A stretch of DNA of 64,000 bases from NCBI GenBank assembly GCA_918797485.1, contig CAKKNE010000002.1, forward strand, positions 1,178,001 to 1,242,000, in the 5' to 3' direction. The notes under the pieces are model-generated. The model saw nothing but the letters and a program-made list of their open reading frames with translations. It did not search any database and was not told where the DNA came from. Numbering within the stretch: the stretch's first letter is position 1; every line of letters begins with the position of its first letter. Both the position numbers and the translations under genes were made by a program. Positions 40,356-51,086 of the stretch are shown piece after piece. Source of the DNA: Pelagomonas calceolata (Eukaryota).

Positions 40356-42155
40356 ATGGCGGCGATGGACCTTGTTACCGCGCTCCCGATAGAACGCAAC
40401 GCGACCGAGTGCTCCTGGACGCAGCGAAGTAGCTACGCCCAGGGCGACCTGCACGAGGACCTCGTCGCTGATATCAGTGACGCGGTGCCGATCAACGCGG
40501 CCCCGGACGTGGAAGTACGTACTATTGCGATCGTCGGGGACCGAAATGCGGGAAAAACGACGCTGCTCCACGCGTTGATCAACGAGCACGACCGCGACTG
40601 GCTGCGCGTGTCCTCGTTGCTACCGATCGTGGCTGGCGTGTTCGAGAATAGGAGGTACGGCGGTGGCCCTTGCTCTCCAGAAAGACCGCCCGTCGCCGAG
40701 CCGCCGTATCTCGATACGGACGTCGCGTCGTGTACGGCTCTGCTATCCGCAGAAGATTTTAGATTTCTATGTTCGGAGTTTGAAGGAATTGAGCCCTGTT
40801 CTGCTACTTCCGCATATGTGGCGTTGAGACTTGTGGAGGTCGGCGGCGACCACCTCGAGGCTCTCGTTGGTCAGGCGACGCCGACGCAGTTACCGCTCCT
40901 CGAAGCGGCGCTAGAACGGTCGAAGAGTGTACTCGCGAAAGCCGACGCCCATGCGTATTTCTTGAACGCCAAATCACTAGTTGAGGAAGGTGATGCTCCT
41001 GCTAAACTAGCGCAACGAATCGACTGGCTGCGGGCCTTGTCGGGGGACGCGAAGGTGTCCCTGTACGTCTCGAGGGAGCCCGATCAGGTGGATATCGCGA
41101 AGATCATCGACGCGCTGCCTCCCTGTTCCGTGGAAGAGGCCGAGGAGGTTCGGTTTGAGGATAACGATGATGACGACGACGACGCGGAGAGGCGCGCGGT
41201 CCTCGCGGCGCTGCGGAGGGATACGCAGGCGACGCCGCTGTGTCGAGCGCTGAAAGAGCGGTTGCCGGTCGTGTCCGCGCGGTCGGTGCACCACGTGCGC
41301 CCGGGCCACGGCGCCTCCAGTAAAGTCGACGCGGCGGGGCTCGTGGCGTTGGTCGTCAGTCTACTGAGACGACGACGCCAGGTCCCGGACGAGGACGCTT
41401 CACAACGCTACTTCGCGCGCCACGTGACGGAGTGCTGCGCGATGGCGGCGACCACGGTCGAGGACGGCGTCAACGACCCGTGGGTCGACGCGCGGCGGTT
41501 TGGGGACTTTGTGGGGGCTCGTGATGGCGGCAATAGTTGTTGCGGCAACGCGAGCGTGGCTGTGGCCGCGGCGCCGGCGTCGCGGCGCTTCGGGGACGTG
41601 GCCGCGGGATTATGTGAGCGCGGCGTCCTCGTGCGCCACGCGAAGCACGGCCACGCCGCCGTGGTCGTTTGTGGAGAGGGTTTTACATTAGTACCGCCCT
41701 CGCAAGGCTGCAAACGGGCGGCTTCGGCCATGGACGTGGATCAGCCGATGGAGATTCCCGGCGTCGCGGCCCCGGCCGCGTCTGATACGTTGTTCTGCCG
41801 CGCGCCGTTTTCTCCATCATTAAGACGCGTCGTTCGCAAGGCGACGGAGCACGGCCTCGTCGCGGGTCCTTCTGATGACTTGCCGGCGGCTTTGAGACCC
41901 GCGCTCGCCGACGCGATCGCCGCGCTCGACCGCGACCTCGCGGGCGCGTTGGCTGCGCTGGACGCGTCGAGGCCGGCGTCGCTGCGTCGGGTGTTGTGGT
42001 ACGCTGAAGAAAGGCTAGCGGCGGCGCGCCTCGCCGGGCATAGTGGTGACGTGGAGGTAGCCGTTGGCGCTTTGCCGGTGCAGGCGTTGGCGCACTATTC
42101 TTCCGCTGGTGTTTCCGATTCGGCTTGGGGGGTGGTCAGGGTTAAGAGTTGTTAG
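40356..42155 (+). CDS. P-loop NTPase/GTPase-like protein
   Basis: Walker A 'IAIVGDRNAGKTTLL' and 'LVEVGGD'; remainder unrecognised. Confidence 0.55.
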   Translation: MAAMDLVTALPIERNATECSWTQRSSYAQGDLHEDLVADISDAVPINAAPDVEVRTIAIVGDRNAGKTTLLHALINEHDRDWLRVSSLLPIVAGVFENRRYGGGPCSPERPPVAEPPYLDTDVASCTALLSAEDFRFLCSEFEGIEPCSATSAYVALRLVEVGGDHLEALVGQATPTQLPLLEAALERSKSVLAKADAHAYFLNAKSLVEEGDAPAKLAQRIDWLRALSGDAKVSLYVSREPDQVDIAKIIDALPPCSVEEAEEVRFEDNDDDDDDAERRAVLAALRRDTQATPLCRALKERLPVVSARSVHHVRPGHGASSKVDAAGLVALVVSLLRRRRQVPDEDASQRYFARHVTECCAMAATTVEDGVNDPWVDARRFGDFVGARDGGNSCCGNASVAVAAAPASRRFGDVAAGLCERGVLVRHAKHGHAAVVVCGEGFTLVPPSQGCKRAASAMDVDQPMEIPGVAAPAASDTLFCRAPFSPSLRRVVRKATEHGLVAGPSDDLPAALRPALADAIAALDRDLAGALAALDASRPASLRRVLWYAEERLAAARLAGHSGDVEVAVGALPVQALAHYSSAGVSDSAWGVVRVKSC

Positions 42156-42171
42156 ATTGTTACTTCTTGGG

Positions 42172-42330
42172 TCAGAGGGCGCGGAGCGCGGCTCGCGCGC
42201 TTTGCAAGTACTTCTCAATTGCCAACGTGAGCGGGTGCGCGCCACCGAGCACGCGCCGCGCGATCCGTGTCGTCTCCTCGAGTGTTGTCACGGCCTCTCG
42301 GACATCGTCGCCCGTGGCGCCGGGGTCCTC
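42172..42330 (-). pseudogene. Second orphan C-terminal fragment of the 'ARRVLGGAHP' family (not in ORF track)
   Basis: Hand translation EDPGATGDDVREAVTTLEETTRIARRVLGGAHPLTLAIEKYLQSARAALRAL*; no in-frame ATG before the next upstream stop. Confidence 0.75.
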
Positions 42331-43234
42331 CGTGGACGACGGTGCGGAGACGGAGGGCGGGAAAGGCCCCAGACCGGTGGTTTGTACAATAAATTTGCGT
42401 TTCGGGCGCTTCGGTTGTGGGACGGGCCAGCTAACCGGCCTGACTGTCTACTACATTGCTCCGAGACCCCGAGAAGCTCGGCGCTGGTCGTCGGACTCGA
42501 GACCCCACTATCTCGCCAATTCGAGCGCCAGACCCAAATGTGCGACCATCAGCCCGTGTACCTTCACCATGGACCATAACGCGATCATTTGTTTCATGAC
42601 CGACCGACTTGCGCGAGGTCCAGATCAAGATGTTCATGTCCGGAGCGTGGGCAGCCAAAAGTACCCTTCTTATAATGTAGATGCCATATACTTGTATTTG
42701 ACTATCGGTGGGGTAGTATAGGGTCCAACGAGACCGCTACGGCGACTACTGGGGGCCCTCGGGTGATTGACGTTTTTGACGGGAACGGGGCGCCATCGGG
42801 TCCAAATTATTTACTTTTTTCGGATGCAGATCGGCTCGCAGACGCCCTCTAGGATAGGTTTGGGGTCAGGTAGTCGCCTACGCCGCATGCGCCGGTTCTT
42901 GGGGCTCCCCAGAGAGCTCTGGATCGAAATCTTTGGCAAATCATGGCCAATAGAGGTATAGCGCAAAGGACCATGGGAGATGTATCTTACACTAGAAGCG
43001 GCGGCGTAGGCGCTTGCACGTGTATAGTTCCGACCCTACGCGACCTCCGGGAGACCTCCGGGCCGCAAATCGACAGGATTCCATCGACGCGGCCGTCATG
43101 GCGGGACTCATCAATATCGCGAATAAAAAAAATATTTTTTTCGCCCCCCAGGAAGTGTCCCATTGATCTCTTTGGACCAGTAGCGAACAGAACGATACTC
43201 AAACGGCTGCATGACGCGTCTGCTGGTTTGCATG

Positions 43235-43257
43235 CTAGTGTCTTACAAGGCCGCTAG
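43235..43257 (-). promoter_or_regulatory. CTAG-bounded upstream motif (CTAGCGGCCTTGTAAGACACTAG on - strand)
   Basis: Consensus plus one inserted base; 191 bp upstream of ATG 43448. Confidence 0.72.
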
Positions 43258-43447
43258 CTCGATCGGTCTTGGGAGGACGCGTCGCGCTTGCTGCCATACG
43301 CGCACACCGGTGCCTGGCGCTGCAATACTGGCCGCAGTGGTTACGTGTTAGCCGCACCGAGCAGTCAGAGGACAAGAAACGCCACTGTGCGGCCGTAACA
43401 GTCCTGCTGAAGGGCGGACGCGTTTTCACACCAAAAGCTCATAAACC

Positions 43448-43939
43448 ATGGCCACCTCGCCCGCCGTCGCGGAGGTCATGAGCGGTGCCGCCACCAAGGG
43501 CGCCTGGTGCGGCCACGAGCTCGCCCCCGACTTCTACGTGCCGCGCGTCGAGCCCGAGAGGATGAAACCGACGGTGGTTGCCCGGCGCAGCGACGCGACC
43601 GTCTGCCAGGAGTGCGCAGAGGCGTGTGTCGGAACCGTCGCATGCGCGTGGTGCAAAAAGAAGTTTTGTGCGTCGTGTCGGAGCTTCTCGTTTGTGGGCT
43701 ACGCCTACGCTACTCCCGGAGACTTCATCTGCTACAAGTGTCACCCGCACGACTGCTCGCCGCCCTGCCGGCCGAAGCGATCGCGGAGCACATTTCACGG
43801 CCCCATCCCGAAGGCTCTGCGGGACTTCAACGGCGCCGGCGCCAAGGATGACACCGCCGCGAGCAAAACCGCGCTCACGCGGAAGAGAGAAAGGGCGCCG
43901 ACGCGGCGCTTCGCCGAGTACCTCATCGCGGACCACTAG
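43448..43939 (+). CDS. Small Cys-rich (zinc-finger-like) hypothetical protein
   Basis: CxxC pairs 'CQEC', 'CAWC', 'CASC', 'CYKC'; basic C-terminus; promoter-type motif upstream. Confidence 0.5.
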   Translation: MATSPAVAEVMSGAATKGAWCGHELAPDFYVPRVEPERMKPTVVARRSDATVCQECAEACVGTVACAWCKKKFCASCRSFSFVGYAYATPGDFICYKCHPHDCSPPCRPKRSRSTFHGPIPKALRDFNGAGAKDDTAASKTALTRKRERAPTRRFAEYLIADH

Positions 43940-44269
43940 AGCCGACGGGCGGTGAGGCGCAGGCCTCGCGTCGTCGACCACAAGGGACGACCTCGCGAGC
44001 GACCTCGCGTGCGCGCGGCGCCGGAGTCGAAGGAGCCGGGGCGGCTTTGATCTAGGCGTCGCGGCGACGCAACAAGAACTAAGAAGGACTATGTGTAGAG
44101 GTGTGGCGCCTGGGAAAACGGCGCAAAACCCGATCCAGCCTCTCGAGCTCGAGCCATCGGCTTGTAAATCGCTTTACGTCCTAACGCGCGCCTCGCTCGT
44201 GCACGCGAGATATCATAACAATCAACCTTCGCCTCACTGCTCGCCGTCACGCGGTTAAATTTGCAAACT

Positions 44270-45114
44270 ATGGCCAAGAAGAGAAAGAGTGAAACCCCTG
44301 CTGTCGCGAGCGGTGCGAGAATCCATGTTTCACGGCGCCTTACCGCGCGCGGATCGTCGCGCCGACCTCCACGCCATCGACGCGTCGTCTCCTCGGTGGG
44401 CTGGCGGTACTGGTCTTCACTGCTCGACGACAAGCCGAGGGCCGACGTCCAGTTCTACAAGTTCCTCCGTCTCGGCACGACGGGCTACCGCCGCGTCTGC
44501 GACAACATGATGGCTGTGGCCGCCCGCATCCGCAAGGGTCTGAAGGAGCTGAAGCGCGCGGACGGCACGCCCTACGTCCAGCTCCTCGACGCGGGCGACA
44601 CGAAGTGCCTCCCGGTGGTCGCCCCCTGAGTCCACGTGACCGTGTCTGCTCGATGGCGTGACGCTCTACTATCACGCAGGTCACGGCGCGCGTCAACCCG
44701 GCCCTGAACGCGCCCTACGACGACATCGACCTCCAGCACGCCATCGCCCAGGAGCACTGGTACGTCTGCGGCTACAAGATGAACATGAAGTGAGTGCGGC
44801 CGCGCGGATCACGGCGCCTTCGCGCTGGACCATCGTGTCCTCCCGGACGCCTCCACGCCGTCGCCGAGACGGCTTGATTCACCGGTCGCGTTCCACGCAG
44901 GCACCCGATCACCGAGGAGACGCACCACCTCTTCCACGACGCGGACCCGTCGACGCCCATGTTCCGCGTCGTCGTCAAGGCGAACCTGTCCATGCCCATG
45001 GCCGACAACCTCGTCGCGTCCATCAAGAAGTCCTTCGCGTTCCTCGACGCGCACGGCGCCGGCTTCAACAGCCACCCGCACCACGCGCACCAGCCGCACC
45101 ACAAGGCGTGCTAG
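44270..45114 (+). pseudogene. 5'-truncated/chimeric glutamate decarboxylase (C-terminal domain only); introns 44618-44679 and 44790-44900
   Basis: Spliced product QFYKFLRLGTTGYRRVCDNMM...CLPV|VTARV...HWYVCGYKMNMK|HP...MFRVVVKANLSMPMADNLV resembles the GAD small domain; the PLP-lysine region is absent. Confidence 0.7.
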
Positions 45115-45187
45115 GACGGCGTTGGACTCGTCTCTCGCCTTCCCCCTTCCCCTCGCCAGAGACCTAAGCTCAGTTCAACTTCGCGAC

Positions 45188-45210
45188 CTAGCGTACTGTA
45201 AAGACACTAG
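45188..45210 (+). promoter_or_regulatory. CTAG-bounded upstream motif (CTAGCGTACTGTAAAGACACTAG)
   Basis: 227 bp upstream of the RecD2 ATG. Confidence 0.65.
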
Positions 45211-45436
45211 ACAGCGAGCGCTGGGACAAGACGGAATTGTCGCTGTTCCTCTGGGTTTAGTCCATTGCAGTCTTCTTAGAGCTGCCGCATGGACGCCTAA
45301 GAACGGCGGTACGCGCTGAGAACATTCGCTGGGCCAGGGGAGCTATCAGCAAGCCCTTCAGAGCGATAGTGCACCAACAGCTGCCAGCGCGGGAGCAGCC
45401 ACGCCGCCCTCAAACCAGAGCCGCCAAAGCTCCACA

Positions 45437-48316
45437 ATGCGCGCCATCACGCTGCTGGCCTGCGCGGCGGCGCTCGTGCCGCAGAACAAGCCGCCCATCG
45501 CGCCCCTCGCCGTCCCCAAGACGACGCCCGCGCGCCTCCCGGCGTACGAGCCGCCCAATCTCGCGCCCCAGACCGAAGTCTGCGCCGAGCACGGCGAGCC
45601 GGTAGCGACCAAGACCGTGCTGAAGGGCACCAATGCAGGGCGAGAGTACTACTGCTGCAGCAACGCCATTCCCTGCGGCCACTTCCGGTGGGTGCCTGCT
45701 AAAGTGCCCCTCCCGACGGGTCGACTCGCCGGCGACGCCAACCAGATGAATCGAGTGACGGAACAACGCAAAGTTACGTCAAAGCGACCGGCGGACGTCG
45801 CCGAGGAGTGGTTGAACGGGACGCTCACGCGAGTGGTATATAGGGGAGACACGGGCTTTACGATCGCTCGCGTCTTGCCGGACGGCGAGAAGTCTTCTTT
45901 TGAAGAAGAAGGCTATGCCAATCCAGCACGGCCTACGAAGAGGAAGGCCCAAAAGACACTTGGGGTGCGGGCGGACGCGTGTTTAGTTTCTTCGCGTGTG
46001 GGAGACCACGTCCGACTAAAAGGATGGTGGTCCACCCACCCGCGCTTCGGCAAGCAGTTCAACGCTGATGAACTAGAAGAAGAGCAAAGGGAAGTGCTGC
46101 CTCGGAGTCGAGCCGCTTCGTTTGGCGCGTGGCTGGCTTCTGGTGCGGTGCCCGGCGTTGGTGTTAAAACAGCTCAAAAGGTGGTGGACGCTCTCGGTGA
46201 TGACGCCGAGGCGTTGTTGTCGAGATATGGTGATTCCCAGGGCACGGATAAGGAAGCCGAAGCGGCTTTGGCTGATGCTCTCGGCTGGGACGCGACGCCT
46301 ACCATAATAGGAAGGGCGGCCACCAAAAGACTGGCTACTGGAGTGGCCCGCGACGCCGCGTCTCGCGGTGCTATCTTAGCGTGCTTGGAGCTAGGACTGC
46401 CGGTCGACGCGGCCGCCGCGTTAGAACGGCAGCACGGGCCCCAAGCTGCCGGTACTTTTATGAAGGACCCCTACCACGCGCTGACGCAGTGCAAGGGCTG
46501 GGGCTTCCTAAGGACCGACGCCGCCGTCTGCCCGGGCCACCGGCCGCCTGATGACGCTTCCCGATTAAAACACGGCGTCGCGCACGCCCTCGCGGAGAAC
46601 GCCGCGCGGGGCGGCCACTGCTGCCTGACCGCTTCGGAGTTGCTCGAGGTCTTGGAGAAGCCGAGTGGCCCCTTGCACGTGCCTGGTAGCTTTACGCCCT
46701 CGAAGGCGCACGCCCTGTCGGCGATCGACGGCTGCCTGTCGTCGGGATCGATCCGAGGGCTGCGAACGGGCGACGGCGATTTAGATGATTTGCTGCTGTT
46801 TGCGCCGTGGCTGGATGCGGCGGAACGGAGCATTTCAAATGCTGTTGAGATGAGGATCCCGCCCGAAGGCGCGAGAGAGGCCGAGGCGAAGGCTGCTAAT
46901 GATGATCAATTACCAGGCGAGCACCGCTTGTCGGATGAACAGCGGACGATTGTGGCGTTGGCAGCAAAGCAGCCTCTCTCCATACTGGCGGGCGGGCCGG
47001 GCACGGGAAAAACTTTCGCGGCGAGATTTGTGGTCGAGAGGTGGCGCGCGGAGGGCGTCGAAGATGTCGCGTTGGCGGCGCCCACCGCAAGGGGCGCCGC
47101 GGCTCTCGGCGCCGCCATCGGCGCCAAGGCCTCGACGTTGCACCGGTTGCTCGAGTGGCAGCCGAGGGAAGGCGAGTTTGCGAGGAATGCGAGAAATCCC
47201 CTGGACTGCGACGCGATCATCGTCGACGAATTAAGCATGTTGGAGGCGCCGCTGGCTGCGAAGCTGTTCGCGGCCTTGCCACCTCATTGCAAAGTACTAT
47301 TAGTGGGTGATCCTGACCAGTTACCACCAGTTGGGCCTGGTGCGGTGTTGAGAGATCTACTCGCATGCCGGGACGCCGTGCCTCGCATCACACTCACTCG
47401 TATTTTCAGGACGGGCACGTTACTAGAACCTTCCGATGAGGACCCGGCGCAGAACGACGCCTCGGACGTTGCTAGAGATGCCAAAGCGATAAACCAGGGC
47501 ATCCCTCCGAAATTATCTCGTTCTACATTGCGACGGGACGGCTCCATCCCCGACGGCGTTGTTTTATTAGAGGAGGATCCCAGTGACGGCGCCAAGGTCC
47601 GCGACAAAATAGTGGAGGTTGTCAGTGACCTGTTCGAATTTTACGACCCCTGGAGTGATGTGCAAGTCCTGGCGCCCATGAAACGGGGCGCCACGGGGAC
47701 GCGGGCCCTGAACGCCGCTTTACAGGACCTGCTGAATCCATCAGCAGAGAAAGTAGAGGACCCCGAAGAGCGGAAAGTGTTTGCGAGGACCGGCGATCGA
47801 GTGATGCAACTGAGCAATGATTATGAGGTCGGCGTCTTCAACGGCGACGTTGGACTTGTTGATGATGTCATGCGCAACGGCAGTTTCGTCGGGAGGTTTG
47901 TTACTGGAGTAGATAAACAGACGAGGGTGATGTACAGTTCGAAGGATGTGGGAGATACGGTATCCTTAGCCTATGCGTTGACCGTGCACAAGGCCCAGGG
48001 CGCCGAGTACCCTGTGGTCGTGTTGCCTTTGGTCAAAGATCACTTTCCTATGTTAAGAAGGGCCTTGCTGTATACGGCCGTGTCTCGCGCCAAAAGACTG
48101 TTAGTATTGGTGGGTTCGTCCGAGTTGCTGGCCGAGGCCGTGCGGCGGCCTCTCGCACAAAAGCGGCGGACGGCCATCTCGTCTCGGATCATCTCTGAGG
48201 AAAGGGCCGACGGCGTCTCCGCTTTGCCGGCGCACGTCCAGCAGGACTACGCCGCGGCCTTATTGCCCGCGCCGGCATCGGCGCCGGCCAACGCCACCTC
48301 CGTAGTGTCTCGCTGA
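45437..48316 (+). CDS. recD2: RecD2-like SF1B DNA helicase with N-terminal targeting peptide and GRF zinc finger
   Basis: GGPGTGKT, LAAPT, TLHRLLE, IVDELSM, VGDPDQLPPVGPG, GDRVMQLSNDY, VFNGDVG, AYALTVHKAQGAEY, LYTAVSRAK; HhH 'VPGVGVKTAQKVV'; zf-GRF 'CAEHG...NAGREYYCC...CGHFRW'. Confidence 0.9.
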   Translation: MRAITLLACAAALVPQNKPPIAPLAVPKTTPARLPAYEPPNLAPQTEVCAEHGEPVATKTVLKGTNAGREYYCCSNAIPCGHFRWVPAKVPLPTGRLAGDANQMNRVTEQRKVTSKRPADVAEEWLNGTLTRVVYRGDTGFTIARVLPDGEKSSFEEEGYANPARPTKRKAQKTLGVRADACLVSSRVGDHVRLKGWWSTHPRFGKQFNADELEEEQREVLPRSRAASFGAWLASGAVPGVGVKTAQKVVDALGDDAEALLSRYGDSQGTDKEAEAALADALGWDATPTIIGRAATKRLATGVARDAASRGAILACLELGLPVDAAAALERQHGPQAAGTFMKDPYHALTQCKGWGFLRTDAAVCPGHRPPDDASRLKHGVAHALAENAARGGHCCLTASELLEVLEKPSGPLHVPGSFTPSKAHALSAIDGCLSSGSIRGLRTGDGDLDDLLLFAPWLDAAERSISNAVEMRIPPEGAREAEAKAANDDQLPGEHRLSDEQRTIVALAAKQPLSILAGGPGTGKTFAARFVVERWRAEGVEDVALAAPTARGAAALGAAIGAKASTLHRLLEWQPREGEFARNARNPLDCDAIIVDELSMLEAPLAAKLFAALPPHCKVLLVGDPDQLPPVGPGAVLRDLLACRDAVPRITLTRIFRTGTLLEPSDEDPAQNDASDVARDAKAINQGIPPKLSRSTLRRDGSIPDGVVLLEEDPSDGAKVRDKIVEVVSDLFEFYDPWSDVQVLAPMKRGATGTRALNAALQDLLNPSAEKVEDPEERKVFARTGDRVMQLSNDYEVGVFNGDVGLVDDVMRNGSFVGRFVTGVDKQTRVMYSSKDVGDTVSLAYALTVHKAQGAEYPVVVLPLVKDHFPMLRRALLYTAVSRAKRLLVLVGSSELLAEAVRRPLAQKRRTAISSRIISEERADGVSALPAHVQQDYAAALLPAPASAPANATSVVSR

Positions 48317-48575
48317 TACACTGCTCTCCTGGTGGCACTCCTTAACACTTACCTATCTGTCTTTTAGAGTACTCATTCGCGCGTTTTGATTTTCTCGAAA
48401 AACCCGACCCCCTTCCTGATTTTGCGCAATTGCGGAGTCCAGGGAGTTTGTGCCCGGGAGTGAGGCGTCCAAGTTGTCTTCAGCTGCCCCTGGCGCACCT
48501 TGGGTCCCTCTGCTCCGTCCCCAAGCTGCTGCACGTCGCGGCGCAGCGATAGCCTCATCATATCCAGGCATAAGA

Positions 48576-50912
48576 ATGAAGGCAGCCCTTTTGACGGTGC
48601 TTCTCGCGTGGGCCTCGACCGCCGAGGCGGCGGCGCCCTGCAACGGAGATAACAGCGACGCCGAGCGCATCCTAAAGTGTATCAAGCAGTTCTCGGCGTC
48701 GGAGTGGAAGGGCTGTACGCACGATGAGAAATACGAGTGCTATTGCAGCAACGACGACGGCGTGAACTACTGCTGCGGCAGTGACGACCAAGCGGAGGCG
48801 ATAGATATCTGGTCCCAGTGCCTCGGCGTCGAAGACAAGGGCTGCGACCGGAGCAAGTGTTCTTCGGCTTGGGACGACTGCTGCGCCCCGGACGGCGAGG
48901 CCGCGACCTGTCGAGACGGCTACAGTACGGTGTATACCGGCGGCGGCTGCGCGTGGTTCAACAACGGCGACTACACCTGTTGTCCGCCGGACGGCTCCTC
49001 GTCGCCCTCCGATGGGCTCTTCGTCGCTGGGCCCTCGACGGGCAATTATTATGAAGCCGTGGCGTACTGCTCAAGTATAAATGCCGAAGTCGCGGTTATC
49101 CGCAGCTCGCAAGAGAATGAAAAAGCGCGCCAGGCCTGCGGAACCAGTTCCTGCTGGATAGGACTCGTAGAAGAAGGCGGCAGCGTGGGTACTAGCCCGG
49201 GTAGTCAGGTATGGAAGTGGCCGGACGGCACCGGGCCGGCGTATGTTAACTGGCAAACCGGCGAGCCGAACAACTATGATGGCACCGACGAGCGCAACGC
49301 GATGATAAATTGCTTCGTTGAGGGCCTCTGCGGCGATGGCGGTGGCAAGTGGTACGACGCGCCAGACACTTGGGACGGAGCGAAGCCCCTCTGCCGCACG
49401 GACGACGGCTCGGGCAGCGGGGACGGTGGCATTTTTACGATCACAAGCTCAAACGGGGTCTGGGACGACTGTCCAAGCGAGTGTGCCGCCATCGGGGGCA
49501 CCTTCACTTGCATTGCCGACGAGGCGCAGAACATCCAAGCCTTGGCGGCGTTCCGGGGTCACTGTCCCGGCGGGGCGGACGATTGTGGAGCCTGGATCGC
49601 GGTGAGCGACGAGGCGTCGGAGGGCAACTGGGTCTGCACGGCCGACGGCAGCCCGCAAACCTATCAGCCTTGGTCCGCCATCGGCAATGAACCGAATGGC
49701 GGCCCCGGCGAGAACTGCGTGAATATGTGGGGCCCGAACTCGGGAAGAAACGACGGCGCGTGGAACGACTACGGCTGTACCGACGCTCGCATGCCGTGCA
49801 TCTGCAAGGGCGGCGACGCCGGCGCGGGCGCCACCTCTACTACTACGACCGGTACGAACTGCCGGAGTGACATATGCACTGTGCGTTGTCCGAGTCCGAG
49901 CCTCGTCGCGCCAATCCCACGCCATCGATGTCGGCTCGATGGGACCGAGATTTGATCGTCGACTGTCACACAGGACTACGCGGGCGACTGCTGCGCGCCG
50001 GGCTCGGAGCCGCGCGGGTGCAGCATGGCGGGGTACGAGGTCGAGTCGGACCCGTACGGCGCGTCGGGCTGGGGACCCTGCGTGAGCACCTACGGCCAGC
50101 AGAGCGTGTACCAGTGTTGCTCCGAGGAAGGCGGCTCCTCGTCGCCCTCCGAGGATCTCTTCGTCGCGGGCCCCAACGGTGGCAACTACTACGACGCGGC
50201 CGCCTACTGTTCCAGCATCGGTGCGGAAATCGCCACCATCTATAGCTCGGCGGAAAACGAAGCGGCGCGCATTGCCTGCGGGGGCAGTAGCTGCTGGATC
50301 GGACTGAGTGAGCAGGGCGGTACGGTCGGCACGGCCCCGAGCAGTCAGGTGTGGACCTGGCCGGACGGCAACGGCGCGTCGTATTTTAACTGGCAGCAGG
50401 GCGAGCCGAACAACTGGGCCGGACGGGACGAAAAGAACGCCATCATGAACTGCTGCGGCACGTGGGGCCAGGAGTCGTCGGGCAAGTGGTACGACGCGCC
50501 CTACGACTACGACGAACCGCGGCCCCTCTGCCGCACGGCCGCGGCGGGTTCGAGCTCGAGCTCGAAGAAGGGGAGCGACGACGAGCCGGATTCGGCGTCG
50601 GCGGGCTTCATCGTGGCGATCCTGCTCCTCCTGCTCGTCGTCGTTTTGGTCGGTGGGATCTATGTATTGTACAAGAAGGTCCTGAATCTCGAGGCCCAGC
50701 GCCGGCCACCGACGAATCCCGGGGCGTTCTTCGAGGTCGGCGCCGTCGAGCTGGAGACGACGAGTCACATGGCGCATCCGCCCAAGCCGGGCTACGTACC
50801 GCAATATCCCCAGACCGCCGCCGTGGAGGTGCCGGCGGCTCCGTACTCGCCGCCACGAGCCCAGGTCTTGACGGTCGAGCCGTCCGCGCCAGAACGGGGG
50901 ACCATGGTCTAG
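48576..50912 (+). CDS. Type I membrane protein with three C-type lectin domains; intron 49881-49973
   Basis: Signal peptide; 'CWIGL', 'NWQTGEPNN', 'EPNGGPGENC...WNDYGC', 'NWQQGEPNN'; TM 'FIVAILLLLLVVVLVGGIYVLY'; a 93-nt GT-AG intron joins the ORFs in frame. Confidence 0.88.
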
Positions 50913-51066
50913 GCGCGGTCCGGTCGTCGCGCGAAGCCTTCCTCTGGCCCTTTCCCAGGTGTTTATAGTACTTTCCTTACAAAAACCTTTACAAATAGCC
51001 CGCAAACCCGTCTCAAACCTGTCGACGAGACTCGTTTGGCCCGGCTACCGCTCGTTATTAATTTTC

Positions 51067-51086
51067 CTAGTGTCTTACACCGCTAG
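51067..51086 (-). promoter_or_regulatory. CTAG-bounded upstream motif (CTAGCGGTGTAAGACACTAG on - strand)
   Basis: Consensus minus 2 nt; about 256 bp upstream of the glycosyltransferase ATG. Confidence 0.68.

Noticed and set aside
42064..43257. ORFs 42064-42579, 42149-42721 and 42943-43257 as genes
   Set aside because: Non-ATG starts or no motifs; partly antisense to the pseudogene fragment.
49449..51005. 518-aa minus-strand ORF
   Set aside because: Antisense shadow of the C-type lectin gene; Arg-rich with no motifs, as expected in high-GC DNA.
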